NCBI GenBank assembly: GCA_951406725.2 | Contig: OX597819.1 | Location: 132,122,001-132,186,000 of the forward strand | Source: Octopus vulgaris | Taxonomy: Eukaryota | Length of the DNA: 64,000 bases | Direction: 5' to 3' | Shown: piece by piece, positions 41,017 through 54,333 of the stretch | Layout: each line of letters opens with the position of its first letter | How positions within the stretch are numbered: the first letter of the stretch is position 1 | Notes under the pieces: model-generated | What the model was told of the DNA's origin: nothing | Databases searched by the model: none | Seen by the model: only the letters and a program-made list of their open reading frames with translations | Made by a program: the position numbers and the translations under genes

Positions 41017-41449
41017 TGCATATATATGAATATTTGCGTGTGTATAAATATGCATGTAGCTATCTTTTTCGCTCGCCCTACCCCCCCTCCCGTGTGTGTG
41101 TGTCTCTCATTTGGCTGCGCCATGCTTCCACTCGTTTCACTATATTCTCTCTCTCATCACCGTAACGTTTGTTTCTTTAATTTACTACTACTACTACTAC
41201 TGCTGCTGTTGCTACTGCTACTGGGAAATAGCAGCAGCGAAATTAGTAATAGGTGAGTGGGAAACTGATATTCTTTATGTCACAGTCTTTTCCTCTCTCT
41301 CTCTCTCTCCCTCTCCCTCTCTACCACTCTCTCCATCTTACTCATCTGTCTGTCTGTGGTTTTAGACAAGTTACCCTCCACCCATTTCTCTCTCTCTCTC
41401 TCTCCCGAACGAACACATTACCATCGCGAAGTTGGGCAAAAGACTGCCT

Positions 41450-41970
41450 GTCATGTCTGTCTGTCTGTCTTCTCCAACATTTCATCCGTTTTCTCTCCAC
41501 TTTACCAACCAACGACGATGCCCTCCTCCCCCCCTCTTCTGTCACAGAGAAACCACCGCACATTGGTTTGTTGCAGTACGACGGAACGGGAGCCAAGTTT
41601 GCTGGTCGTTTCTCCCGTCCTTCAATGTATATATGTGTGGCTAGATCGATGCGATTCTCTGTTCTCGTTACTCGCAATGCATAAACATTAATCATTTTGA
41701 TGGAGAAAATAGCTCGGGGAATGACTTGCGCTTCGATGCACGGCAAACCTTGCAGTCGAAGGCGGCGGCGAGGAAGGCGGCATTGGAGAGAATCTGCACA
41801 TATTTGTCTGTCTGTCTGCTCATCCATTCCCCCATCCTGACAGGAACTAAACAAGAAGGTACACTCGTCCATATTTTCGTTAGGGAACCCTCTCTCCACT
41901 CGTTAACGAGAGGCGAATGCAGATGGACATATTCGCGAATAGATGCACAAAACACTGCACGAAAGAATGT

Positions 41971-42012
<42 letters not shown>

Positions 42013-42420
42013 GCACACACATATGGATGAACGATACCACACATTAACAAATGATAGCATTTACAAACACACACACACACATCGAAGAGTGTGTGCGCGC
42101 ACATGGACGAGAAGGGCGTACGCGCGCCCACGCACTGGTGAGAGCGCGCACACGCACACACGCACTTGCATTGTTGGAGGTGAAGACATCCTCCCCCCCC
42201 TACATAAACGCGCACTGGCGTGCGTATAACAGAGAGCGGGTTGGGCGCGCATGTGCATATCTACATACATACACTTTAACCCCCCCCTTCCTCCCTTCCT
42301 CCCCTCTCTCGCTTCTGCACGCGCGCGCACTCTGACGTGTGTGCTTCTAAGGTAAAGACCTTTCTCTCTCTCTCTCATAAAAAGCGCATCGTTGCGCCGC
42401 CTGTGTTGATGATACCTAGT
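41450..42420. promoter_or_regulatory. CpG-island-like segment, possible internal promoter or enhancer
   Basis: High CpG density with (CG)n runs, a TGACGT CRE half-site near 42333, and a donor-like CTAAG|gtaaag near 42351. Confidence 0.35.
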
Positions 42421-44348
42421 AGTACGAATGATACGTGTGTGTTTGTTTGATATTAGATTTCTAGAAATGAAATTACTAAATTAAACGGTGGGGAGGGGGG
42501 AAAGAAATTAAAAAATGTCAGCAGAGATTCCTGTGTCTCTTCACCAATTTCTCTGCCGTTCTTTACATTTATATTAATTTTATTAAAAAGTGGTCCCCCC
42601 CCCCCCAGCTACTCTGCTGATTAAAGGTAGCAGTTTGTTGTTAAAAGACATTCTTCTTTGATTTAGAGTGAAATTATTCAGAATATCACGATAGAAAGGT
42701 TTTCCATTTTTTTTAAGGCGTTGGAGGAAAGTAAAAGATATTTGATAAAAAAGAAAAGAAAGAAAAAAACCCCTCAAGATGGTTTCATGTTCCGTTATAT
42801 AATTATTTTCCAATCGATATTTACCTCATCCTTTGATCACTTTGCCTCAACAACCGCGTCTGGCGAATTTCAGAAGTGAAATTTCTTTCGCTACCCGACC
42901 TACCCTCGCATTTTCCTTTTTCACGTATTTCTGAGTATTGTAGCTTTGAAGCAAAACTAATAATGGCATAACAATATGAAATTGTGTGATTTTCCATCCT
43001 TTATCGTTATTTCTCGTCAGAAATTTTTTTGCTTAAAGATACGGCCAAAAAAACTGCACCCTTGAAGTGATTAAATATAATTAGCGGGTTCAGTGCGGTG
43101 ATCCGATTGCCACAACCAAAGTTGGTTGTGGAATTGTTTACACAGAAAATCAAACCACCAAAATCCTGCTTTTTTTTTTAACCCAAACCACATTGTCGAA
43201 GGAGGTGTGTGGAGGATATGAACCTATCAGTATGTTTTTTTTTTTTATTATTTGCATCTTTTCTTTTTGAATGATTTTGAGTGATCGATAATATAAGGAG
43301 CAGATTTTCGCGTTGAGCCAAAACTAGTAACGAGGGATTAGACTCAAAGAGTTTTACCGTGTGACAAAAATGCCAAACTGCCAGCGAATTAGTGTACAGC
43401 TGGGTTTCGATTCCTGACTAATTACATATTTCTACTTTGGAGGAAGGACCCCCCCCCCCTCACACAACCTCCTTCCAAATTGCGAGCTTCGTATCGAGGC
43501 AAACAAGGTGTTATTTCAGTCCGAAGCGATTTTAGTTGTGATTTGACCGCCTTGTGGAGGATGTGATGGCATTGATTCAGTTTACGTGATCATGGGGTGG
43601 TTGAAGTATCCAGACCCCCGGGAAATGTATGTGTGTGTGTGTGTGTGAGTGAAAAGAGTTTAAGCCGGGATAGTCTGTTGCACAAGTTTGGTTGCTGTGA
43701 TTTGGTCGAAGCCCTTCAATTGGTCCTAGTTTGAAGTGACAGATATTTCCTCTCCCCGAAACTCGACCCTGGGGCTGAATATTAACGAAACTATCGACTG
43801 ATTTTACGGAACGGACTGACTTTCTTTTGGTTGGCGGGGTGAAGGTGGGGTTCATTTCAGTGTTGTCTTATGAAGGACATGGCACTATCACGACTGGGAT
43901 TCGAACCCCAGATCTTTCTGTCGGTTTCCTTTTATCAGTTTAAGGAAAATAACGAGAGCTGCATGAGACGGGAGGAGAAAGTGAGTGTAGATCTTTCCAG
44001 TAGCAACGTTTTCCTTTGATGACAATGATGATGATGATGATGAAAGCGACAAAGGGCGGTGGTGGTGGGGGGGTCAAGGTGCAACCGAGTCGTTTCACTG
44101 TTTGGACAGTGGTGGTGGGAAGGGGAGGAGAGGGAAGAAGAAGTGAAATAGCAGCAGAGGCTTTTAACATTAAGGAAGAAATGAAGTTGGAAATATAATA
44201 TAATGTATTGGTACGGGAGAGGGACTGGTATATTACTGGTATAATATGGCGTTGGCATTGTTTTTATGCCAAGTTATAATAAAAATTATACATTAAATGT
44301 TTTTTTATTTTTGTAGAGTAGGTATTTATTTTACTCTTAAAAGAGGGC

Positions 44349-44410
44349 TGACAGTGACTTCGGAGTTTTGGTCACCGATGAAGGTTACCGGGACTTCGAA
44401 GTCACTGTCA
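44349..44410 (+). ncRNA. pre-miRNA-like hairpin (candidate intronic small RNA)
   Basis: 28-bp stem with one mismatch and four G-U pairs, plus a 6-nt loop: TGACAGTGACTTCGGAGTTTTGGTCACC-GATGAA-GGTTACCGGGACTTCGAAGTCACTGTCA. Confidence 0.4.
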
Positions 44411-44421
44411 CTTCTGTAAAA

Positions 44422-44462
<41 letters not shown>

Positions 44463-45023
44463 GTAGTGTCCACTACATGAAAATCAATTCATTATGGTCA
44501 TCTGTTACCAAAAGGCATTTTCTAACTTCTACATATAAAAAAAACATCCCCAATTAATGACTGGTAACCTTATTTTCACTCCTCCTAGGAATAAAGCCAG
44601 TCTGTGTGTGTGTGTGTTGGTTTTTATGCTGTCCACCTCGGCAGGGCGTCTCTTCAGAGGACAGTAATCTGGTTGTTTTAGATGATGAAACTAAATTTCT
44701 TTGGTTGTTTGTGCTGTGGTTATCTTAACCGTGACGGGTTCGGCTTAATCTCTGTAATCTAGATACTCCACACCCCCACGGCCTGCGAACGACGCACGCA
44801 CACCTCCTTCAAGCTACACACACACACACACGTTCTTCAAGTTACACACACACACTCGTTCTTCAAGTTACACACACACACACACACACATTTAAAAAAT
44901 CTTTCTTCAATTTTTAGTCGAATCAGCCCAAGTTTTTTTTAAAACCTGGTGCGTATTCTGTCGATCTTTTGCTGAACCACCACGTTCCGAGGATGTAAAC
45001 ACACCAATGCCGGATGTCAACCG

Positions 45024-45058
<35 letters not shown>

Positions 45059-46091
45059 ACGATGGGCTTCTTTTCCCGCCCGTCAAATCTACTCCCAAGG
45101 CCTTGGTTTACGGGAGGCTATAGCAGAAGACACTTGGCCAAGGTGCCTTGCAGTGGGACTGAACCTGAAACAATGTGGTCGGGAAGCCAACTTCTTACCC
45201 CACAGCCACGCCCACGCATTCTTCACCGTGACTGGTGCAACCTTACACACCCACCAAGAACCTGTCGAAGCCATATGCACGGCTCCTTATGAATGAATAA
45301 CGTATAAAAGTGGCAGGGGCGTCTCAGACGCACCCCAGTTTCATCAGCTCGTATTCGGGGGGGGGGGGGACAGAAAGGGGCAGATGCAACTTCGCATCTA
45401 GGACCCGGCTTCTGTGTTGTATTTGGCACCCAAAAAACGGGGAATAAAAAATATAATGGAATTCGGTGGAAATGTGAGAGAATGATTAGACATTTAAAAA
45501 GTGTAACGAAACACTTTGGCACTTCATAATAGACCGAAGAACTATTACAAAATACACAAGTAATCATAACTTTAAACTGTTTAAACTGATTCTTCTACGA
45601 TGTTTCATTGTTGGATAACTGTCCGCAGAAGTAGTACTCAATACCAACGCTTTGCAGTTGTACTTTTAAGCAGGCACCGGCTTACTCTCTTTACCTCTCT
45701 CTCATATATATACACACACACACTGAAAGAAGGCCGTCGTGTATGTGTGTGTGTATCTATATACACACACACACACATATATACACGACGGCCTTCTTTC
45801 ACTTTTCGTCTATCGTTTACTCACAAGGCTTTGGACGGCCCGAAAGTTACAGCAGAAGAAACTTGTTACCTCACAGCCACGCCTGCGCCATCCCCCACTC
45901 TCTCGGTCTGTCTGTCTCTCTCTCTACACACACACACTCTCGCGCGCGCGGGGAGAGAGTGAGCTCTAATGTGCGGCACGAACGTTTGATCCCTATAAAC
46001 ATTTCATTTGCAATGGTCGTTCGGCAAAAGTTGAACGCTAATATTTCGTCTTTGACGGGAGAGTTCATTGTGTGTGTGTGTGTGTGTGTAA

Positions 46092-46093
<2 letters not shown>

Positions 46094-46134
<41 letters not shown>

Positions 46135-46491
46135 ATATATATGTATGTATATATATGTGTATGTATATATATATCTATGTATGTATATATATATGTATGT
46201 ATGTATATATATATCTATGTATGTATATATATATGTATGTATGTATATATATATGTATGTATATATATATGTATGTATGTATATATATATATGTATGTAT
46301 GTATATATATATATATGTATATATATGTATATATATATGTATGTATGTATGTATGTGTGTATATATGTATGTATATATGTATGTATATATATATGTATGT
46401 ATATATGTATGTATGTATATATGTATGTATATATATATGTATGTATGTATATATATATGTATGTATGTATATATATATGTATATATATATG

Positions 46492-46525
<34 letters not shown>

Positions 46526-46929
46526 TATGTATGTATATATATATATGTATATATATATGTATGTATATATGTATGTATATATATATGTATGTATATATAT
46601 ATGTATATATATATGTATGTATATATATATGTATGTATATATATATGTATGTATATATATATGTATGTATATATATATGTATGTATGTATATATGTATGT
46701 ATGTATATATGTATGTATGTATATATATATGTATGTATATATATATGTATGTATATATATATGTATATATATATGTATGTATATATATATGTATGTATAT
46801 ATATATGTATGTATATATATATGTATGTATATATATATGTATATATATATGTATATATATATGTATGTATATATATATGTATGTATGTATATATGTATGT
46901 ATGTATATATGTATGTATATATATATGTA

Positions 46930-46962
<33 letters not shown>

Positions 46963-47127
46963 ATATGTATGTATGTATATATGTATGTATGTATATATGT
47001 ATGTATGTATATATGTATGTATGTATATGTATGTATGTATGTATATATGTATGTATATATATATGTATGTATATATATATATATGTATATATGTATATGT
47101 ATGTATGTATATATATATGTATATATG

Positions 47128-47158
<31 letters not shown>

Positions 47159-47370
47159 GTATGTATATGTATATGTATGTATATGTATATGTATGTATAT
47201 GTATATGTATGTATATATATATGTATGTATATATATATATATATGTATGTATGTATATATGTATGTATATATATATGTATGTATATATATATGTATGTAT
47301 ATATATATGTATGTATATATATATGTATGTATATATATATATGTATGTATATATATATATGTATGTATGT

Positions 47371-47425
<55 letters not shown>

Positions 47426-47799
47426 TATGTATGTATATATATATATGTATGTATGTATATATATGTATGTATGTATATATGTATGTATGTATATATATAT
47501 ATGTATGTATGTATATATATATATGTATGTATGTATATATATGTATGTATGTATATATATGTATGTATGTATATATATGTATGTATGTATGTATATATAT
47601 ATGTATGTATATATGTATGTATGTATGTATATATATATGTATGTATGTATGTATATATATATGTATGTATATATGTATGTATGTATGTATATATATATGT
47701 ATGTATATATATATGTATGTATATATATATGTATGTATATATATATGTATGTATATATATATGTATGTATATATATATGTATGTATGTATATATATATG

Positions 47800-47833
<34 letters not shown>

Positions 47834-47911
47834 TATATATATATATGTATGTATGTATGTATATATATATATATGTATGTATATATGTATGTATATATAT
47901 ATGTATGTATG

Positions 47912-47973
<62 letters not shown>

Positions 47974-48620
47974 TGTATGTATGTATGTATATATGTGTAT
48001 GTATGTATATATATATATGTATATATATATATGTATGTATATATATATGTATGTATATATATATGTATGTATATATATATGTATGTATATATATATGTAT
48101 GTATATATATATGTATGTATATATATATGTATGTATATATATATGTATGTATATATATATGTATGTATATATATATGTATGTATATATATATGTATGTAT
48201 ATATATATATGTATATATATGTATATATGTATGTATATATATATGTATGTATGTATATATATGTATGTATGTATATATGTATGTATGTATATATATATGT
48301 ATATATATATATATGTATGTATATATATATGTATGTATATATATATATGTATGTATATATATATATGTATGTATATATATATGTATGTATATATATATAT
48401 GTATGTATATATGTATGTATGTATATATATATGTATGTATGTATATATATATGTATGTATGTATATATGTATGTATGTATATATATATGTATGTATTTAT
48501 ATATGTATTTATGTATGTATATATGTATATGTATGTATGTATATATATATGTATGTATGTATATATGTATGTATGTATGTATATATATATGTATGTATGT
48601 ATATATATATGTATGTATGT

Positions 48621-48654
<34 letters not shown>

Positions 48655-48801
48655 GTATATATATGTATGTATGTAAATATATATGTATGTATGTATGTAT
48701 ATATATATGTATGTATATATATATATGTATGTATATATATATATGTATGTATGTATGTATATATATGTATGTATGTATGTATATATATGTATGTATGTAT
48801 G

Positions 48802-48837
<36 letters not shown>

Positions 48838-49057
48838 TATATATGTATGTATGTATATATATATGTATGTATGTATATATGTATGCATGTATGCATGAAT
48901 GTATGTATGTATATATATATATGTATGTATGTATATATGTATGTATGTATGTATATATGTATGTATGTATATATGTATGTATGTATGTATATATATATGT
49001 ATGTATGTATGTATGTATATGTATATATGTATGTATGTATGTATATATGTATGTATG

Positions 49058-49091
<34 letters not shown>

Positions 49092-49179
49092 TGTATGTAT
49101 GTATGTATATATGTATGTATGTATATATATATGTATGTATGTATATATATATGTATATATGTATGTATGTATGTATATA
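46094..49179. repeat. About 3.1-kb compound (TA)n/(TATG)n microsatellite
   Basis: Direct reading: near-strict alternation of T with A or G, with only a handful of interruptions. Confidence 0.98.
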
Positions 49180-49211
49180 CTTTATTTAAAGCAGCAGAAA
49201 ATTCAACAAAA

Positions 49212-49252
49212 CCTGTTACTCTGAGTTTCCCGTTGCCGTTCATCGGACAGTT
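49212..49252 (-). ncRNA. Hammerhead ribozyme-like motif (variant core) in a Penelope-like remnant
   Basis: Minus strand: CUGU CCGAUGA A CG GCAA CG G GAAA CUC A GAG UA ACAG. Stems I and III pair, with a GUA cleavage triplet and U4 to C in the core. Confidence 0.55.
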
Positions 49253-49349
49253 TTTGCTAGCAAAAACTGCTTTAAATAAAGCATATTACTCTACCACTGG
49301 TATTTGAGTACTCTTTTTCCACCTTGTTTCACATTTATGTGTTTACTCC

Positions 49350-49383
<34 letters not shown>

Positions 49384-50014
49384 TATATCGTAGCCCGGCC
49401 CTCTTCCTCGAGTAATGTCTGCGGTCGTGTCGAGCTCCCAACATTTCGTCTTTGTCCACGTCATTATCCTCCCACCAGAAACAAACAAAAAAATATACCA
49501 ATTCCATTTGTTGGGTGCATCTTATGGCACCACCTTCATGCCACAGAATTTGTCTGACACCATTTCCAAATTTCCCTTTACATCCTGTAATTGTTCTTAG
49601 ACGAGGTGCCCGCCTTTGCTAAACCGATAGTTAACCTGTCGCATACAGGGTGCGGCAGGGAAGGAAAAGAACCCCCCAAAACCTTAAATTTCTAATGGCC
49701 TCTGGCGTGTGAAGGTGGGGAAGCTGTCTTCCTACAGCTGGTGGTGTATCGTTTTATCTCTTTTTTCCTGCTCAATTCTCATCATAGTTTGGACGGGTGC
49801 AAACCACGCGTTTTGCTTTTCTAACGTTTATCAAGCTGTAAAATGTGGCAGTTTTTAAAAGTTTTATTTACTTTTTGCTGCTGCACTCCGTGTGTGTGTT
49901 GCAAGATTGCCGACAGGAAATGGTGTGTGCGAATTTATTGTATCAAGGGGCGTATTATCAACAGTGCACACACAACACACACACACACTGCATGTTTTGT
50001 AGAGAGAAAGAGAT

Positions 50015-50059
<45 letters not shown>

Positions 50060-51208
50060 CAGAGTAAGCACATAAATGCGAAACTAGTTGGAAAAATGGT
50101 ACTCGAATACCCGAGGTAGAGTAATATGCTTTATTAAAAAGCAACAAAGATATCACAGGAACCGTTAACCAGTTTTTGTGATATTTTTGCTGATTTTTAA
50201 TAAAGTGTGTGTGTATGTGTGTGTATATATATATATATGTCATGTAGTTCCCCACTATAGAATTGTCGATGTGTGGTTGTTGCCTGTATAGAAGTGTTGG
50301 AGCGAATCGTTCAAATAGATAATGATATACTCTTAGCAGGTATTGAGTATACTTTCTTTCGTCTGTTAAAGCGAAGCGTGTGTTTACCAAAGTTTTCCAA
50401 TATCGATCCCTTTGTCACTGATGATTTATACATCGAAAAAATGCAGAGTTGTATGTGTGGAACACACACACACTCGCACAATGTAGACTGCTGTATGCGT
50501 GTGTTTCTGTGTATATTGTGTCTGTATGTATGTGTGTGTGTGTGTGTGTGTGTATAGTATTATCTGTATTCTATAGAAAACATTTACGGTATAGGTTCTG
50601 TGTGAAGGTATACAAATATAATAATAATATACGGTTCGGTAAAAGTAGCTTTCAATATTGGGAGATGATTGAAATGTGAGGGTGGAGACGCATGTTTTCG
50701 TCTCAAACTTTCTGCTGCGACTGTTTAGGTCTACGCACCGGTTTAAGTCTAAACATTGGTGTTATGTTGCATCCATTTGTGCTCCATCCACGACTTAGCG
50801 GTTCGACAGAAGGCCAATATAAAATCCTGGGTTCAGTATGAAGACAAGTCGCAGACAACTCGTTTTAGCCCTCGCCCCGCCTCGACTTTGTTTCCTCATA
50901 ACTTTGCGCTAGAGCTGTTGATGAAAATTCTTAGGTCCGTTTTCGAGGGTCGGCATTGCGATTATGTTGAAAACATACTCCCCTCCCGGGGGGCGGGGGA
51001 ATGTTCGGATCATCTCTCCCACTCCGACACTGAATTTTCTTTTCAAAATGTGTATTTTGCAGAAATAGATTTTCGACGGTGTAGATTATGTTTGAAACCA
51101 ACAACGGGTTCGCAGTCAACATCCCCGAAAATGTGTCCTTACAAAATTTCATTCGGGAAAATAATGCAGTTTTCAGAAAAAGAATAGGGACATCGACTTA
51201 CATTTATG

Positions 51209-51258
<50 letters not shown>

Positions 51259-51330
51259 TCATCATCATCGTTTAACGTCCGCTTTCCATGCTAGCATGGG
51301 TTGGAATATATATATATACATCTGTTTGTC

Positions 51331-51364
<34 letters not shown>

Positions 51365-53362
51365 CTGTTTGTCTTGTACACCACCTGTCTTCGTCTTTTG
51401 TTTTTTTCGTAAACTTTCCCTATATATATATATATATATTTCGATAGGTGAATGAATTATCCTATGTTTACCGTTAACATGGAAAATTCAATATACACGC
51501 ACACACCACACCCAGTGTATAAATATAGTAAGTGTATATATAATCAGCTTGTGTGTATAATGTATGCACGTATATATGTGTGTGCCTACGCTTGCGCGTT
51601 CTCGCCTAGCAAGTGCCCGTCTTGGTAGACGCTGGCCAAACTAAGATTCTGTTCGTGAACGTGTCTGTCTGTCCTTCCCTGTTCTTAAATAATTCTGACA
51701 GGCCGTGGATTCAGAGAAGTTCACTTGTTTCTCTGTAGTTGGGCTTTATTTTAGTTGTGTGTGTGTGCGCATTGGTGGGTGTGTACTCGCGTGTGCCGCC
51801 CTGTTTAGTGCTGTTGGTGTCACAGATCTCCTCACGCACTCATTCATATCATAACTACTGCCATACCCCCACCCCGTTCATGAGTACTCTTATTTTTATT
51901 GTCTTTTGAGACGTTACGATTTGATTTGCAGGAGATTAGGCTGCTATTTTTAGCAAGCAGAAAGCCTTCTTCATGCCTCGTGAATACTCGCACGATTTGT
52001 GTTATTGTGTCTGTGTGTGCGTGCGCTAAATACGTGTGCGTGTGTGTGTGTTAAATATGCGCGCGTGTGTGATCGTTAAATACATGTGTGTGTGTGTGTG
52101 TGTGTTAAACATTGTATGTGTGTATGCACGCGTGTTACGTTTATGTGTGTGTGTTTGTGCTTGCGCGCAGGAATGTGTGTGTGCGTGTGTCCGTTGCGTT
52201 TGTGCGCGCACGCAAGTCAGGTGTGTGTGTGTGTGCGCTCTTTTAGTTCCAACACGATGGTCGGGTTTGTGTATTAATCGCCGAATAATTTTTCTAAATA
52301 TATTTTACTTAAAAGAAAGAAAAAAAAAAAAGATTTAATACTTTTGTTAACCTTTCTCAGTTCCAAATGAGTTTTCTGTGTAGTTTTCCAACAGACGATC
52401 TTTCTATTTCGGCTTTCCTGAAGAATCAAATCGTAGAAATTTAATAAATCACTCGTTCCGCCAAACCTAAAAACTCCAGTCGGCAGAGCAACGCTGCCGT
52501 AGTTAGTCCTTTTTACAACCTGAGTTCGAATCTTGACTAGGTCGATAAAGCATGGCCCTTGGTCTTGTGGTCAGACTTTAACCCCCCCCCCCGCAGAACT
52601 GGATTTCTTAAAATTATTTGCAAATCTAGTGTTTCTGTTTTAATTTTATCCTCTCCAACTTTCCTGTGGTTTGGTGGTGGTGGTCGTTCCATAAAACTGG
52701 TAATTCTTTGGGATTCCATGAAGATGGTAAATTCTCTCGCCGTTGGAATATTTTGCATTGGAATTCCATTGTGGACACTGGACAGAAAACTACTTTGAAT
52801 AACCACAGAATATTCACTTTTAGCGTGTGTTTTGGACGTGTGTCTGGGTGTGCGTGCGTTGGATGTCTGTGTCTGTGTGTCTGTCTGTGTGTGTGTGTGT
52901 GCACGTGCGTGCGTGTTAGCTATCTGCGCGCGCGCGCGCGCTTGTTATCGTTTTCAGAGAGAGTAAATATGTATGGTGTAGTGTCACTTTTTACGAGGAG
53001 GAGGAGGGGGTGGAGGAGGAGGAGGTGGCGGTGACGGAGTGATGTGGATATAGATAAAGAGGAGGAGGAAGAGGAGGAGTGGGGGGGGGGGGTTGTGTGT
53101 AGTGGTGGTAGTGTGAGATGCTTTCAGTGCAGTCTATTGATCTGTTGCAATTGTAAAGTTACCTGCTACTCCTCCTCCTCCTCCCCCCATCCATCCAACC
53201 AGCCGCCGCTGCCACCACCACCACCACCACCACCGCTACTTTTCTGCTGCTGTTGTTGTTGTTGTTGTTGTTGTTGTCGGCTTGCCGCAACATTTTACTG
53301 GTTCCAGCAGTGAGCACCAGTTGTCGGAATAAGATTCACCAGAACAACACACAGCAGTTCCA

Positions 53363-53474
53363 ATGATGTTGGCTTACTCGCGAGTTCCTTTCACACATGC
53401 TTACCATAATGCCTACAGAGAACGTCGCAGAATGAAACACAGGAATGGTTGGAGCCATCACATATTACAATATT
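53363..53474 (+). CDS. Candidate alternative first coding exon of ADAR2 (MMLAYSRVPFTHAYHNAYRERRRMKHRNG...)
   Basis: ATG at 53363 in complex, non-repeat sequence. Two possible donors (AATG|gttgga after 53447 and TATT|gttagt after 53474) are both phase 1, in frame with the 58582 exon. No transcript evidence. Confidence 0.4.
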
Positions 53475-54294
53475 GTTAGTTAGATATTTTCTATCGCTTT
53501 CTTCCATCATGTTCTTTCTTTTCTTTCTTTTCACAATTTCACCCCCACCCCCCACAAATCCTCTTAAAATTTATTTTCTGAAGGCCACCCTGTCTTCCTG
53601 TAACTATTGCATTTCTTTACAGCTTTTTTTTTTTGTTGTAATTAGCTAAACCAAATATGAAATATTACTTTGGTTATCTTTAATTATATTTTATTGTTGA
53701 AAGTGAATTCTTAGAGTTTTAAAAGAATTTTAACTTGGGTATGCTCCGATAGACACAACACACACACACACATAGTGCATGCATACACGTATGTATATGT
53801 ACATGCATTACATATATATATATATACATATATACACACATACACGTTGCGTATGTCGTTATATACACATTGTACTTGTACATGCATGATGTGCACACAC
53901 GCACACACAAATCTCTGTACATATGCATGTGTGTGTCTTGATGTATGTATTTATATGGGTGTGTGTGTGTGTGTGTGTTATATTTTTTATTAGCTAGGAG
54001 TACTGAAACCCAACCCCTAGAGTCTTGTGCCAGGAACACCTTAGACACTTTGACAAGTGCCATGACACCAACACCTCTACACCCATAACTTTCCCAGTTA
54101 ATTAAACATTATATACACCCTCTGTTGGAATTATTAAGATCTTTTCACCCTTTGAAAACCAAATGTATCTAATTTGCACGCATACAGACAAATGAGTGTG
54201 TGTGTGTGTGTGTGTGTGTGCGCACATATATATTTATATATACCTTTCAAATATTGTATAAATATATTGCAGATTTACATATATATATACATTG

Positions 54295-54333
<39 letters not shown>

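Noticed and set aside
45743-49307. Several ORFs of 900-1060 aa on both strands
   Set aside because: Translations of the TA/TATG microsatellite (Y/I/M/V/C or H/T/Y/I only). They lack stop codons for compositional reasons.
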